Shown: one piece after another, positions 25,759-35,627 of the stretch
How positions within the stretch are numbered: position 1 is the stretch's first letter
How the letters are laid out: each line of letters begins with the position of its first letter
Assembly (NCBI GenBank): GCA_013697055.1
Contig: JACCXK010000142.1
Location: 1,651-65,650, forward strand
Length of the DNA: 64,000 nt
Direction: 5' to 3'
Origin: Alphaproteobacteria bacterium
Lineage (GTDB): Bacteria > Pseudomonadota > Alphaproteobacteria > Micropepsales > Micropepsaceae
The notes under the pieces: generated by a model
The model's database searches: none
What the model saw: the letters and a program-made list of their open reading frames with translations, nothing else
What the model was told of the DNA's origin: nothing
Position numbers and translations under genes: made by a program

Positions 25759-27546
25759 TTGATTGGACCGTTGCGGTACGCCTTTGCAATCGACCCCCAG
25801 CCCTACACCATCAGGATCGACGATACAGGGGACACGGCCCTGAATTCGATTCTCAGCGCCAGTTCGCAATTGGCCGATCTTCGCAAATCGGCACCTGTGC
25901 CGCCCTTCGGGCTGATTGAGCGCGCGCGCGCTGACATCCCGCGCTTCCAGACGGCGTTAGACAGTTTCGGTTACTACCAAAATAAGATTGCTATCACGAT
26001 CGAAGGCCTGGCGCTGGCGGATTCAGGACTTTTGGCGGTTCTCGACGGGAAAGCTGGCGCTGTGTCGGTCCATGTTGTCGTCGAAAAAGGGCCGCTCTAC
26101 CATCTGGGAACCGTGACCTTGGACGGCGATGTGCCGCAAGCCGGCCGCAGCGTTCTCAAGATTCGCAGCGGAGATCCGGCCGTTGCAGCCGCCGTGCTGG
26201 ATGCGGGCGCGAAAATGGTCGCCGCCTTACAGGAAGATGGCTATGCCTTCGCCAATGTTGCGCCTCCCATCGCGCTCGCCGATGACGAGCAGCACTTGAT
26301 CAATGTCACTTATCAAGTGAATGCGGGCCAGCGCGCCACCATCGGGCAAATCCATTTCAAGGGTTTGAAGGATGTCGCAAAATCCTTCGCGCAAAAGGCG
26401 CTGACCATCAAGCCGGGCGAACGCTACCGGCCCAGCCGCATCGAGGAGGCGCGTCAGTCCCTTGCGGCTCTGGGTGTCTTTTCGGGCGTGTCGGTGGAAG
26501 CCGCGCATGAGCCCTCGCCGGACGGCCGGCTTGCGCTGACCTTCGACGTTGCAGAACGTGCCCGGCACACTGTTTCCCTTTCGGGCACCTATTCGACGGA
26601 CTTGGGCGTCAGCCTGTCCGCCGGCTGGTCGCACCACAATCTGCTCGGCAATGCCGAGCAGCTCAACCTGAAGGCGTCGGGAACCGGGCTTGGCACCGCT
26701 TCGGCTGGGCTGGGCTACAGTCTGGCAGCCCAGTTCATCAAGCCTCTGTTCCTGAAGCCGAACCAGACGCTGGAGTTCGACCTGTCAGGGGTCAAGCAGC
26801 AGCTGGAGGCCTATGACCAGACGGCGGAAACCCTGGCGGCTTATGTGCGGCGCAAATTTTCTGCGCAGTGGAGCGGGGGTATCGGTGTGTCGCTAACCTA
26901 TGATCAGGTCGCGCAGCAGGGAACCACCAGGCTTTACCAGCTGGCCGGCGTGCCCGTCACCGTTAATTACGACAGCACGGGCGTCAGCGACATCCTCAGC
27001 GATCCGACCAGTGGCGCGCGTCTGTCGCTGGCGGTGACGCCGACCCAGTCCTTTGGCGCCGGCAGCCTGACATTCGGGGTGTTGCAGGCTTCCGGCTCGA
27101 CCTATTTCGACTTTGGCACGGACGGCCGCTCCGTGGTGGCGCTGCGGGCTTTGGCGGGAAGCATCCTGGGCGGAACAAATCTGCAAGTGCCGCCCGACCA
27201 ACGTCTCTATGCCGGTGGCAGTGCGACGGTGCGGGGCTATGCCTACCAGTCCATCGGCCCGCAATTCGCCGATGGCAATCCAGTCGGCGCCAAGTCGGTG
27301 GATGCCGCGACCGCCGAATTTCGTCAGCGCATCGGGGAGGATTGGGGCGCGGCCGGCTTTGTGGATGCTGGCCAGGCCAGCGCCAGCGGGCTGCCGTTCA
27401 GCGGGGCGGTTCGTGTGGGCGCCGGACTGGGCGGCCGCTATTACACCTCCATCGGGGTGATACGGGTCGACGTTGCGGTGCCGCTGACACCCGTGCGTGG
27501 CGGCGACAAGTTTGAGCTCTATATCGGACTGGGACAGGCATTTTGA
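25759..27546 (+). CDS. tamA: TamA (Omp85/BamA-family translocation and assembly module protein); the true start probably lies upstream of 25759
   Basis: A POTRA-like N-terminal region is followed by an Omp85 barrel (…RLYAGGSATVRGYAYQSIGP…GAAGFVDAGQ…GAGLGGRYYTSIGVIRVDVAVPL). The frame is open back to 25699 and encodes a signal-peptide-like KNRSGPAILTLSFLFLIGPLRYAFA. There is no ATG/GTG/TTG before 25759. Confidence 0.85.
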   Translation: MIGPLRYAFAIDPQPYTIRIDDTGDTALNSILSASSQLADLRKSAPVPPFGLIERARADIPRFQTALDSFGYYQNKIAITIEGLALADSGLLAVLDGKAGAVSVHVVVEKGPLYHLGTVTLDGDVPQAGRSVLKIRSGDPAVAAAVLDAGAKMVAALQEDGYAFANVAPPIALADDEQHLINVTYQVNAGQRATIGQIHFKGLKDVAKSFAQKALTIKPGERYRPSRIEEARQSLAALGVFSGVSVEAAHEPSPDGRLALTFDVAERARHTVSLSGTYSTDLGVSLSAGWSHHNLLGNAEQLNLKASGTGLGTASAGLGYSLAAQFIKPLFLKPNQTLEFDLSGVKQQLEAYDQTAETLAAYVRRKFSAQWSGGIGVSLTYDQVAQQGTTRLYQLAGVPVTVNYDSTGVSDILSDPTSGARLSLAVTPTQSFGAGSLTFGVLQASGSTYFDFGTDGRSVVALRALAGSILGGTNLQVPPDQRLYAGGSATVRGYAYQSIGPQFADGNPVGAKSVDAATAEFRQRIGEDWGAAGFVDAGQASASGLPFSGAVRVGAGLGGRYYTSIGVIRVDVAVPLTPVRGGDKFELYIGLGQAF

Positions 27547-30500
27547 TGGCCGCGGCGCGCATATCGAGCATATTGAAAAAAACCGCCCCTTGGCTGGCAG
27601 GCGCGTTAGGCTTGTTCGCGCTTGTGCTGTTGGGGTTGATGCGCACCGCGCCAGGCCATTCTGCAATAGAATGGATGGTGAGCAGAGCGACGAGCGGCGA
27701 GGTCGTGATCACCGGGCTAGATGGCGCGCTGCCCAGCCATCTTCGGGCCGGGCGCATCGAACTGCGCGACCCGGGAGGCGTGTGGCTCCAAGCAGACCAT
27801 GTCTTGCTGGACTGGAACGCGTTGCCGGCGTTGTGGGATCACATTGCCATCCAAAGCCTGTCGGCGGAAAGGATTGCGCTGTTGCGCCGGCCACAGGCGC
27901 GCGAAACCGCATCCGGCTCCGCGCCCCGCATTGACATCGACGCTTTGTCGCTGCCGGACATCGTGTTGGGTCCGACGCTGGTGGGCCATTCCGCAAGCTT
28001 GGCCGCGCATGGATCGTTGCATTATGTTTCGCGCCACGATCTTCGCGTCAATATGGCGGTTGTCCGCGCGCAAAGCGCCGACAAGTATCTCGCACAAGGC
28101 GGGATCGTGAGCGATGTCGCCAATGGCAGGTTGACGGCGCGCGAAGGCGCCGATGGCCTGCTGGGACGTTTAATAGGTCTGCCGGGCCTCTCCCCGGTCA
28201 ATCTCGATGCCACGGCATCGGGCGGCGGTGTCGCCAACGCATTGTCTTTGACGTTGACGGCGGGAAAACTTTCCGCGCAAGGCCGAGGTATGCTGTCACT
28301 GGCGGATCGCCGCGCCGATATTGCATTTGACGCGAACGCGCCGGCGACGCGGCTGAACGCAACTCTGGGTTGGACCTCACTGGCGGCCAAGGGCCGTTTC
28401 ATCGGCGGATTTGATACACCCGATGTGCAGGCGGATGTGCGAATTGTCGATTTCGACGCCGGCGGATATCGCGCCGCGGCGCTGGTCGCCGACATCACCG
28501 GCGGGGGAGGGCGGGTCAATGCCACGGCTAGGCTGGAAGGTCTGCGCACCCCCGGCGGTGCGCCTGACCTGTTAGCGCGCACCCCGGCCCTTGTGAACCT
28601 CACTGTCGATCTTTCAGCGCCGCGCCAGCCGTTGCGTTTTTCGCTGCACCATACGCTGGCGGGGCTGGAGGGGACCGCCCATTTGCGAGGTACCCGGGAT
28701 GTTCAGGCGCGATTGACTGTTCCATCCTTGACGCCGTTTGGTCCGCTTTTGGGTGGCGACATTGCGGGCGCGGCATCGGCGGCGGTCGAGGCGGCATTCG
28801 AGAGCGGGAAAAGCACGGTGACGCTCAGGGGCGAGATCAAGGCCAGCGGCGGAGCGATGGCCGCGCGCCTGCTCGGCCATGCCACCGTGAACGCCCATGC
28901 GGTATTGTCGGGAGGCGACATCGAGACATCGCAGTTGACGCTAGATGGCGCGGGACTGGCTTCGCGCGTCGCCGGCGAGCTGCGCGGGGGCCGGTCGAAT
29001 TTCAACGGCTCGCTGACGTTGAAGGATCTTTCGCGGTTGACGTCGGCGCTGAGCGGGCAAGCCGCCCTTTCGGGACGGGTGACCGGGCCGGCCGCCAAGG
29101 CGCTGGTCATGGTGTCGGGCAGTGCGGATGTGGCCGGCCCGGGCCTGGCGCGCGAGCATTGGGACATTAGCCTTCGTGCCACCGGCCTGCCGAAAGCGGA
29201 ATCCGCGACATTCAAGGCGCGTGGTCGGCTCAACAAGGCCCCCGCCACGCTGGACGCCACCCTTTCGGGCAAGGGCTCGGGCCGCGCCGTCAAAATCGCC
29301 GGTGACTGGAAATCGCTGGCACTGCGCGCAACGGTGGCGCTGCCCGCCCAGGGCGTGATGACGGGCCATGGCACGCTCGATCTAAAAACGCTCAATGATA
29401 TGTCGTCCTTCACCGGCCTCTCGGCCAAGGGCGCGCTTCACCTGGCGGCCCAACTGACGGCGCCTGGCGGCAAGACCGCGCTCTTACTAAACGGCCGCGC
29501 CAACGACATTGACCTAGCTGGTCTGGTGCTGGGACTGGCCACGATCGATGGTGAAATTGCCGACCCATTTGCTCGTCCAACACTGTCGCTGACGATGCAA
29601 ACGTCACAGTTTTCCGCCCAGGGCTGGACCGGTGAAGGCCGTGGCAAAATAAGGGGGCCACTGGGTGCGCTGGCGCTGCAGGCCAGTTTCAGGTTGGCTG
29701 ATCCGCATGGTGCGCCGGCCGATCTTTCAGCGGACTTCATGCTGGATTTTCCAGGCCGGACTTTGGCGCTGCGCCAGATGAGAGCGAACTGGCGCGGGGA
29801 AAGTCTTACCGCGGCCGCGCCTGGCAGGATTAAATTTGCCGATGGGCTCAGCGTCGACGGCCTGAAACTCGCCGTCGCGGGCGGCACCGTCACCCTGTCG
29901 GGGCGTATCACGCCCAAGCTGGACATCGCCATCTCCGCGCAGAGTATACGGGCAGAAGCCGTCTCGCTTTTTCTGCCCCAATTTTCCGCCAGTGGCACTT
30001 TGTCAGGCACCGCGGCGCTGAATGGCACGCTGGCATCGCCGCAGGGCATTTTGACCTTGCGCGGTCTTGATCTTCGCAATCGGGTCTATGCGGTGACGGC
30101 CGCGGCCGTTGCCGATCTGGACGCACGCGCGGTGTTGCATGGCAAGGCAGCTACGGTGAACGCAACCCTGACGGCGGGCAAGTCGGCACGCCTGACATTA
30201 AACGGTGAGGCGCCGCTGGATGCAGGCGGTGCGCTCGACCTGCATCTGGCGGGCAGTGCTGATTTGGTGTTGCTAGATCCGCTGTTGGCCGCGGGCGGCC
30301 AGCGTATACGCGGCACGGTACAGATCGATACGGCCATCGCGGGCACACGCCTTGCTCCCAAGCCACGTGGCTCGATCATTCTGACGGGGGGTGAATACCA
30401 GGATTTCGCACGTGGCGTTCACCTGCGCGATATCGAAGCCAAACTGCAAGCGCAGAAAGGCGGCATCCATATCATGGCGCTGTCCGCGCGGGCCGGATCG

Positions 30501-31550
30501 GGCACGGTCAGCGGCAGCGGGACGCTGGACGCCTGGTCGCCCGGCATGCCCCTGGATATCACCCTTCGCGCCGACAATGCCCGCCCGATCGTCAGCGATC
30601 TTTTGACTGCGGTACTGTCGGGCTCGGCGCGTCTGACTGGAAAGCTGCAGGAAGACATGGTGCTGAAAGGCGCCATCACCGTTGGGCGAGCCGAAGTGAC
30701 CCTGCCGCAGTCCTTCCCGCCGCAGGTACGAACCTTGAATGTGCGTCATCGCGGTGAGCCGCCGCTGCTGCCGCCCAAGCATGGCACATCAGTAACGTTG
30801 GACTTGGCGGTCCGCTCCGCCGGGCCTTTGACCCTGCGCGGCCGCGGAATCGACGCCGATTTGGGCGGAAATCTGGATATCAGCGGTCTTGCACAGGCGC
30901 CGCGCATCGGCGGCGGCTTCGATATGCGCCGCGGCACCCTGACCCTGGCAGGTCAGGTTTTGAACTTCACCACTGGCAAGATTACCTTCGATGGCACTGG
31001 GGTTCGCGGCCGGATGGACCCGGCGCTGGATTTTGTAGCCTCCGAAACGTCCGGCGGCGTGACCGCGACTTTGACGGTGGGCGGTTATGCCTCGCTACCC
31101 AAAGTCTCCTTGTCCAGTTCGCCGCAACTGCCGCAGGATGAAGTCCTGGCGCGACTGTTGTTCCAGCAAAGCGCAAAGCAGCTCGGTCCGCTGCAGCTAG
31201 CCGAAGGCGCCCAGGCCCTGGCCTCGATCGCCGGGATCGGATCGGGCTTCAGCCCGATGGCGTCATTGCGCGGCGGGTTAGGGCTCGACCGGTTATCGGT
31301 GGGAAGCGGCAGCGGTCCCACCAGCGGCACCACCATCGAAGCCGGCAAGCATGTGTTCCGCAATGTCTATGTCGGAGCACGGCAGGGTGTGTCGGGCGGG
31401 ACGCAGGCGCAGGTACAGGTTGACCTGACCAAAAATCTTAAGGCCCAGGCCACCGTTAGCACCGGCGCCAATGCCGCTGCGACGCGGGGAGCGACTGCGG
31501 CAGAAGATAACGGGAGCAATATTGGCCTAAGTTATCAGTTCGACTATTGA
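27546..31550 (+). CDS. tamB: TamB (DUF490-type inner-membrane-anchored translocation and assembly module protein, ~1334 aa)
   Basis: The N-terminal TM segment (APWLAGALGLFALVLLGLM) is followed by a very long Ala/Gly/Leu/Thr-rich beta-rich body. The C-terminal DUF490-like end reads …GTTIEAGKHVFRNVYVGARQG…IGLSYQFDY. The ATG overlaps the tamA stop (TGATG). Confidence 0.9.
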   Translation: MAAARISSILKKTAPWLAGALGLFALVLLGLMRTAPGHSAIEWMVSRATSGEVVITGLDGALPSHLRAGRIELRDPGGVWLQADHVLLDWNALPALWDHIAIQSLSAERIALLRRPQARETASGSAPRIDIDALSLPDIVLGPTLVGHSASLAAHGSLHYVSRHDLRVNMAVVRAQSADKYLAQGGIVSDVANGRLTAREGADGLLGRLIGLPGLSPVNLDATASGGGVANALSLTLTAGKLSAQGRGMLSLADRRADIAFDANAPATRLNATLGWTSLAAKGRFIGGFDTPDVQADVRIVDFDAGGYRAAALVADITGGGGRVNATARLEGLRTPGGAPDLLARTPALVNLTVDLSAPRQPLRFSLHHTLAGLEGTAHLRGTRDVQARLTVPSLTPFGPLLGGDIAGAASAAVEAAFESGKSTVTLRGEIKASGGAMAARLLGHATVNAHAVLSGGDIETSQLTLDGAGLASRVAGELRGGRSNFNGSLTLKDLSRLTSALSGQAALSGRVTGPAAKALVMVSGSADVAGPGLAREHWDISLRATGLPKAESATFKARGRLNKAPATLDATLSGKGSGRAVKIAGDWKSLALRATVALPAQGVMTGHGTLDLKTLNDMSSFTGLSAKGALHLAAQLTAPGGKTALLLNGRANDIDLAGLVLGLATIDGEIADPFARPTLSLTMQTSQFSAQGWTGEGRGKIRGPLGALALQASFRLADPHGAPADLSADFMLDFPGRTLALRQMRANWRGESLTAAAPGRIKFADGLSVDGLKLAVAGGTVTLSGRITPKLDIAISAQSIRAEAVSLFLPQFSASGTLSGTAALNGTLASPQGILTLRGLDLRNRVYAVTAAAVADLDARAVLHGKAATVNATLTAGKSARLTLNGEAPLDAGGALDLHLAGSADLVLLDPLLAAGGQRIRGTVQIDTAIAGTRLAPKPRGSIILTGGEYQDFARGVHLRDIEAKLQAQKGGIHIMALSARAGSGTVSGSGTLDAWSPGMPLDITLRADNARPIVSDLLTAVLSGSARLTGKLQEDMVLKGAITVGRAEVTLPQSFPPQVRTLNVRHRGEPPLLPPKHGTSVTLDLAVRSAGPLTLRGRGIDADLGGNLDISGLAQAPRIGGGFDMRRGTLTLAGQVLNFTTGKITFDGTGVRGRMDPALDFVASETSGGVTATLTVGGYASLPKVSLSSSPQLPQDEVLARLLFQQSAKQLGPLQLAEGAQALASIAGIGSGFSPMASLRGGLGLDRLSVGSGSGPTSGTTIEAGKHVFRNVYVGARQGVSGGTQAQVQVDLTKNLKAQATVSTGANAAATRGATAAEDNGSNIGLSYQFDY

Positions 31551-31621
31551 TAAGCCGGAACTATTTGGCCCTCCCGTATCCTTGTTGGAACTGTTGCCAG
31601 TCAGGCCAACCAAGTGAAGTT

Positions 31622-31698
31622 GAATGACCGCTTTTGGCGCAAAGCGGACATTGGAAGGATCGGAGACGAATGACCGCTTTGGAGAAAAGCGGACATTG
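31622..31698. repeat. Bipartite palindromic REP/MITE-like element, copy D
   Basis: gaatgaccgcttttggcgcaaagcggacattgg, then aaggatcggagac, then gaatgaccgctttggagaaaagcggacattg. The second half is nearly identical to that of copy A. Confidence 0.85.
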
Positions 31699-31884
31699 CA
31701 CGGCGCGGATCGCATATCCATTAAAATGCAACGTTTTTTGAAATGGATGACTTAAAACCTCCACTGTAAACATGGGCAATGGGCTGCCGCTTACCCTGGG
31801 GGCACCTCGAAATGGAAGGCACGGCGCGGTCTCTTTCTGGGCTCACCTGTTTTGGCAGGGGGCCGCGCCGCTTGCTTCGCAGGC

Positions 31885-31917
31885 GGACTTGTCCGGTCCT
31901 GACCCAAAGCGGACGCT
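31885..31917. repeat. Partial/degenerate REP half-element, copy E
   Basis: ggacttgtccggtcctgacccaaagcggacgct resembles the second half of copy F (gaccgttcctgacccaaagcggacatt). Confidence 0.5.
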
Positions 31918-32319
31918 AGCATCAGCAACTTCCCACCCTACGCTCCGCTTCGTTGAAGCCCACGGTTTGTTTCAAAAATAAATCCCCGTCATGACTACCG
32001 CACCGCTTGAGTTTCAGCCAGCCATTCTTGAATGTAGGCGGAATGAAACGCCGTCGTCCGATGAAGCTGGAAACAGCCACCATCGCAGCGGCCATCATCA
32101 CGGCCCTAGCCCAAATCATCTCGACCGTTATCCAGAGGCTCTAGCGGTGACGCTGTATTTATGGGCGCCAGCCATTTGAATACAGAAGCACCGCTATCCC
32201 CGCGATCAACCCGAAGACAATCAACATTATGAACTTGAGGTCCCGCTTCCCTTTATCAGCCATTCTATTCCACACTCACGGTCACACTTCAGTGCACGCC
32301 CGGCTCAACAACACTCATT

Positions 32320-32592
32320 TCAAGTAGACCACTCCACAACCCGCTTGCGGTCAGTATCCAAGCTGTAAATAACGGCGGTCCGACCTTCGCGATTCTCGAA
32401 CTGGGCGGCTTGCGTGGCAACCTCGACAGCCTTGGCTCTTACCGCAAAGAAGCGTCCGGTAGGAACACCACCACGCTCGATGCTGAATGCCCTTCTGGGC
32501 TGATCCCAGATGATTGAGAATTCCACATCGTAGGTTTTCCGCGCCATGAGACCTATAGACCACCGAATAAATTCGGCTACAACCGTCTCCAT
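32320..32592 (-). CDS. Small hypothetical protein (about 75-90 aa); start uncertain (32592 or 32547)
   Basis: METVVAEFIRWSIGLMARKTYDVEFSIIWDQPRRAFSIERGGVPTGRFFAVRAKAVEVATQAAQFENREGRTAVIYSLDTDRKRVVEWST. It loosely resembles DUF2188-type small proteins. The upstream part of the track ORF is translated REP sequence. Confidence 0.4.
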   Translation of the reverse strand: METVVAEFIRWSIGLMARKTYDVEFSIIWDQPRRAFSIERGGVPTGRFFAVRAKAVEVATQAAQFENREGRTAVIYSLDTDRKRVVEWST

Positions 32593-32652
32593 CGGCGCGG
32601 TAGTTTTGTTCCAGCTGCATACGAACGTGCTCAAGTTGATCAGCGAATACCT

Positions 32653-32729
32653 GAATGGCCGCTTTTGGCGCAGAGCGGACATTGGCCTTACCCGGGGCGA
32701 GTGACCGTTCCTGACCCAAAGCGGACATT
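32653..32729. repeat. Bipartite palindromic REP/MITE-like element, copy F
   Basis: gaatggccgcttttggcgcagagcggacattgg, then ccttacccggggcga, then gtgaccgttcctgacccaaagcggacatt. Confidence 0.85.
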
Positions 32730-33224
32730 CTCAGCAGGCAGCAATTCGGAGCAGATGGCCGCCGCCGTTCCGCTAATGGATAAAGCGACTATTCTCCTCA
32801 AGAGCCGTAGGTGGCCACCTAGCCAGCGCTCAGCGAGTGTCACCCACACCCATCCTCAGCTTCCAGGTAGTGGACATAGGCTGGCAAGGGTGGGGCCGTA
32901 CGGGCTTCGCGGAGTCTCTGACGATCAGCTGTCAGCACGCGTGGATACCGTACGCGACCAAACCCCAAAACACCGCAAGGAATGGGAGGGCAAACCTCCA
33001 GAACCGGGCGCTCTTCAGATCGCGCATCCGCTTGTTTCGCAGCTTCCTGAGTATCCCGGCTCGTTGAAGGTGCGGCTCTACGTCCGTTTTGTAATCGAGG
33101 TCCATCAGGGGCATCCATACAGACTACTGCCAAACGGATACGCGTGATCCAATTGAGAGTTGCGCCTACCGGTATCGTCTATAGGGCTTCAGTGTGACTT
33201 TTTATAGAACCGCCCTACACCCAG

Positions 33225-33416
33225 CTACTTCCGGTCCTTGGCCTTCGCATCTGCAATGAGTTTGGAAAGCTGCTTCGTGACGATTTGGCCGTGAAGCTGG
33301 CCCTCTTCTGGGTATCCTTCTGACCGAAGGGCCTGCTTGATCTCAGGCACGCTATTCACCCTCCCGCTGGCTGCCAGGATGTAAGCGCGTTCAATGGCTG
33401 TGGGACGGTAGGTCAT
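33225..33416 (-). CDS. Small conserved hypothetical protein (63 aa)
   Basis: MTYRPTAIERAYILAASGRVNSVPEIKQALRSEGYPEEGQLHGQIVTKQLSKLIADAKAKDRK. I recall similar short proteins in rhizobial genomes, but I did not search. Confidence 0.45.
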   Translation of the reverse strand: MTYRPTAIERAYILAASGRVNSVPEIKQALRSEGYPEEGQLHGQIVTKQLSKLIADAKAKDRK

Positions 33417-33614
33417 GGGTCTATTCTAGTTTATGCCGCTAGGAGCGCAGTGTCCGCCTTACGGCGGCAGCGGTCCACTGGCTGCAGGCCACGAGGAGGC
33501 AACGCCGGAAGGCGCTGCGGTCAATGTTGGTTCATTGGTCCTTTCATAATTTGAAACGAAATTTGCTCGCAGGGTGATTAGCGAGCGTTAAGGGGGATCG
33601 GCTATCATCCTCCC

Positions 33615-33863
33615 ATGGGAGCGGGGCGGTACAGGCAGTGGGGGCGAATGCTGGTGGCTGACCGGTTAGAGAAGCAGCAAGGGAAATGTCCCATCTGCAA
33701 CTCGCAATTGTTCGAACGCCACGCAGTTTTAGATCGCTACGATAGGGTCGGAGACTTCACGCCAGAAAACGTCCGGGCCTTGCACGTCGATTGCGAGGTA
33801 TTAGTCCAACGCAGGCGGGCAGCAGGCCTCTTGGCCCCGCCGATGATCGAAGCGGCGGAATAG
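33615..33863 (+). CDS. Small Cys-containing hypothetical protein, possibly a degenerate HNH/zinc-ribbon-like protein (82 aa)
   Basis: GKCPICNSQLFERHAVLDRYDRVGDFTPENVRALHVDCE follows a C-x2-C … N … C pattern, but the canonical HNH His residues are absent. Confidence 0.3.
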   Translation: MGAGRYRQWGRMLVADRLEKQQGKCPICNSQLFERHAVLDRYDRVGDFTPENVRALHVDCEVLVQRRRAAGLLAPPMIEAAE

Positions 33864-33941
33864 CGAGCTTCGCCTTCGCTATTGCACACGAAATACAAAT
33901 AGAGCGCACGCTTCCAACACTGGCATTGCAGCGTTAGCAGT

Positions 33942-34313
33942 GTGGTGCTCTCCGAGTTGCTTTCGATGGTCGGTTCTGCTGGTCGTATATTTGAGACGAA
34001 GATCGAGGAAAAGAAACTCACCGACTGGCACTCCACGGCTTGCGACGCACTTGACCAACGCAGATGCCTAGTGATTGACCATGGCCAATTTTCTCGCACC
34101 ATAGAGGTTCACCGCGTTGGGATAGGACCGCAAGGAGAGCATTTGATAAGCGGCTGGCAGGTTTGCGGTCCAGAAGGTGAGCGAGTTGGCTGGAAGCTGA
34201 TTAACGTGGATAACTGTATCCGACTTTCTCTCAGTAATATCGCTTCGCGCGGTCCGCGCCCTGACTATCGCCGTGGGACGAGGCAATTCATTGGCGTGAT
34301 CGCGCAGCTTTAA
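33942..34313 (+). CDS. Hypothetical protein, possibly a WYL-like beta-barrel (123 aa)
   Basis: …RTIEVHRVGIGPQGEHLISGWQVCGPEGERVGWKLINVDNCIRLSLSNIASRGPRPDYRRGTRQFIGVIAQL is reminiscent of short WYL-like proteins (G-W+-x-F/I … RP-x-Y). This is a weak call. Confidence 0.35.
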   Translation: MVLSELLSMVGSAGRIFETKIEEKKLTDWHSTACDALDQRRCLVIDHGQFSRTIEVHRVGIGPQGEHLISGWQVCGPEGERVGWKLINVDNCIRLSLSNIASRGPRPDYRRGTRQFIGVIAQL

Positions 34314-34364
34314 AAAGCAGGCCACCCACTTACCGCACTGACTGAGCGGAAATGAGGTGGCCTG

Positions 34365-34625
34365 TTGATTACCCCGGCGGCGGCGCAGCCTGGCTATAGC
34401 GGTTACGGCAACTCTTATGGAGACGACCGATACGACCACGGCCGCGACTGGCACGGTGATTGGCGAGACGATGGCCCCCGGTGGGGTGACCACGACCGCT
34501 GGGCTGAACGCGCTCGGTGGGAGGAACATCGCCGGTGGGAAGAACACCGCAGGTGGGAAGAACGTCGGCGCTGGGATGACCGGGGATACTACCGCCCGGG
34601 AGTGAGCATCGGCTTTGGCTTCTAG
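34365..34625 (+). pseudogene. Trp/Arg/Glu hexad-repeat protein paralog lacking its signal peptide (5'-truncated)
   Basis: LITPAAAQPGYSGYGNSYGDDRYDHGRDWHGDWRDDGPRWGDHDRWAERARWEEHRRWEEHRRWEERRRWDDRGYYRPGVSIGFGF aligns with the mature part of 23580..23852 and shares its DRWAER…GFGF end. An in-frame TGA at 34353 removes the signal peptide. TGG codons recur every 18 nt at 34500, 34518, 34536, 34554 and 34572. Confidence 0.5.
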
Positions 34626-34927
34626 CCCTAGGCGCTGGTCCCAAACGGAGACCCCGTGGCGAAAGCTGCGGGGTTTCGCTCGTGGTTGCGCATGATCAAC
34701 TGACATTTGCAGCCTCACGCGTTCAACCGGAGGTTCGAGATTTTATCAATTCTTGCCCGTCTTTCATCAGACGTAGATCGCTAAGGATTTTGGAAATGAG
34801 CCTTATGTTGAGCAGGCGCTGAGTGTGATCGACGAGAATACCGCTTCTGATGAAGCGCTTTGCAATTTCTTGAAGCAACAGTGAATTGTAATCCGATAGC
34901 CGGGGCAATCAGAGAGACATGCGTTAG

Positions 34928-34952
34928 GGAACCAAACAGGTACAAGTGCGTT
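34928..34952 (+). promoter_or_regulatory. Exact EcfG-type promoter motif GGAAC-N16-CGTT
   Basis: GGAAC at 34928-34932 and CGTT at 34949-34952. There are 27 nt between the motif and the ATG at 34980. Confidence 0.6.
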
Positions 34953-34979
34953 TTCGCACCGGAGCCATGTGGGATTAAA

Positions 34980-35627
34980 ATGAGACGTTATCTTTCTGCG
35001 ATTCTAAGCATGCTTTTATTTGGCCCGCAGTTGGCCTTTGCGCAACCCGACCCCAATTACGGGCGTCAAGGTGGATATGGTGCGCCTTACGACAGCGGAC
35101 GCGACAACCGGCAATATGACTCCAATCGTGGCGACTATCGCCAAAATGGTGATCAACGAAATTACCAAGGTAGCTATACTAGCGACCAATACCAGCCGGG
35201 TTATGACCAGAATTGCAGCCGTGATCAGCAGAACCAGCAGGCCACCAACGCGGCGATTGGCGCGGCGGCCGGTGGACTTTTTGGGAACCAGGTAGCGGGA
35301 CGCGGCAACCGCACGGGCGGAACGATAGCTGGCGTGCTGCTCGGCGCGCTTGGCGGCTTTGCCCTTACTCATCAAGTGGATTGCAGCGACCGCAACTACG
35401 CCGAGCCTACATATTCGCGTGGCTTAGAGGGGCAGCTAGGACATCGTTATGACTGGCGCAACAGTCAAGACAATGATCACGGGAATTTCACCCCGACGCG
35501 AGAATATAACGACGGATATAATCATCCCTGCCGGGATTGGGTTTCAAGCACTTACCGGAGTGGCCAGCGCATGCGCAGCAACGGCCGCGCTTGCCGTTAT
35601 GAAGATGGAAACTGGTATTTCCAATAA
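34980..35627 (+). CDS. Secreted glycine-zipper / surface-antigen-like protein (215 aa)
   Basis: MRRYLSAILSMLLFGPQLAFAQ is a signal peptide, followed by a Gln/Asn/Tyr/Asp/Arg-rich region. The glycine zipper is AAIGAAAGGLFGNQVAGRGNRTGGTIAGVLLGALGG. The C-terminal Cys-containing module is CRDWVSSTYRSGQRMRSNGRACRYEDGNWYFQ. Confidence 0.7.
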   Translation: MRRYLSAILSMLLFGPQLAFAQPDPNYGRQGGYGAPYDSGRDNRQYDSNRGDYRQNGDQRNYQGSYTSDQYQPGYDQNCSRDQQNQQATNAAIGAAAGGLFGNQVAGRGNRTGGTIAGVLLGALGGFALTHQVDCSDRNYAEPTYSRGLEGQLGHRYDWRNSQDNDHGNFTPTREYNDGYNHPCRDWVSSTYRSGQRMRSNGRACRYEDGNWYFQ

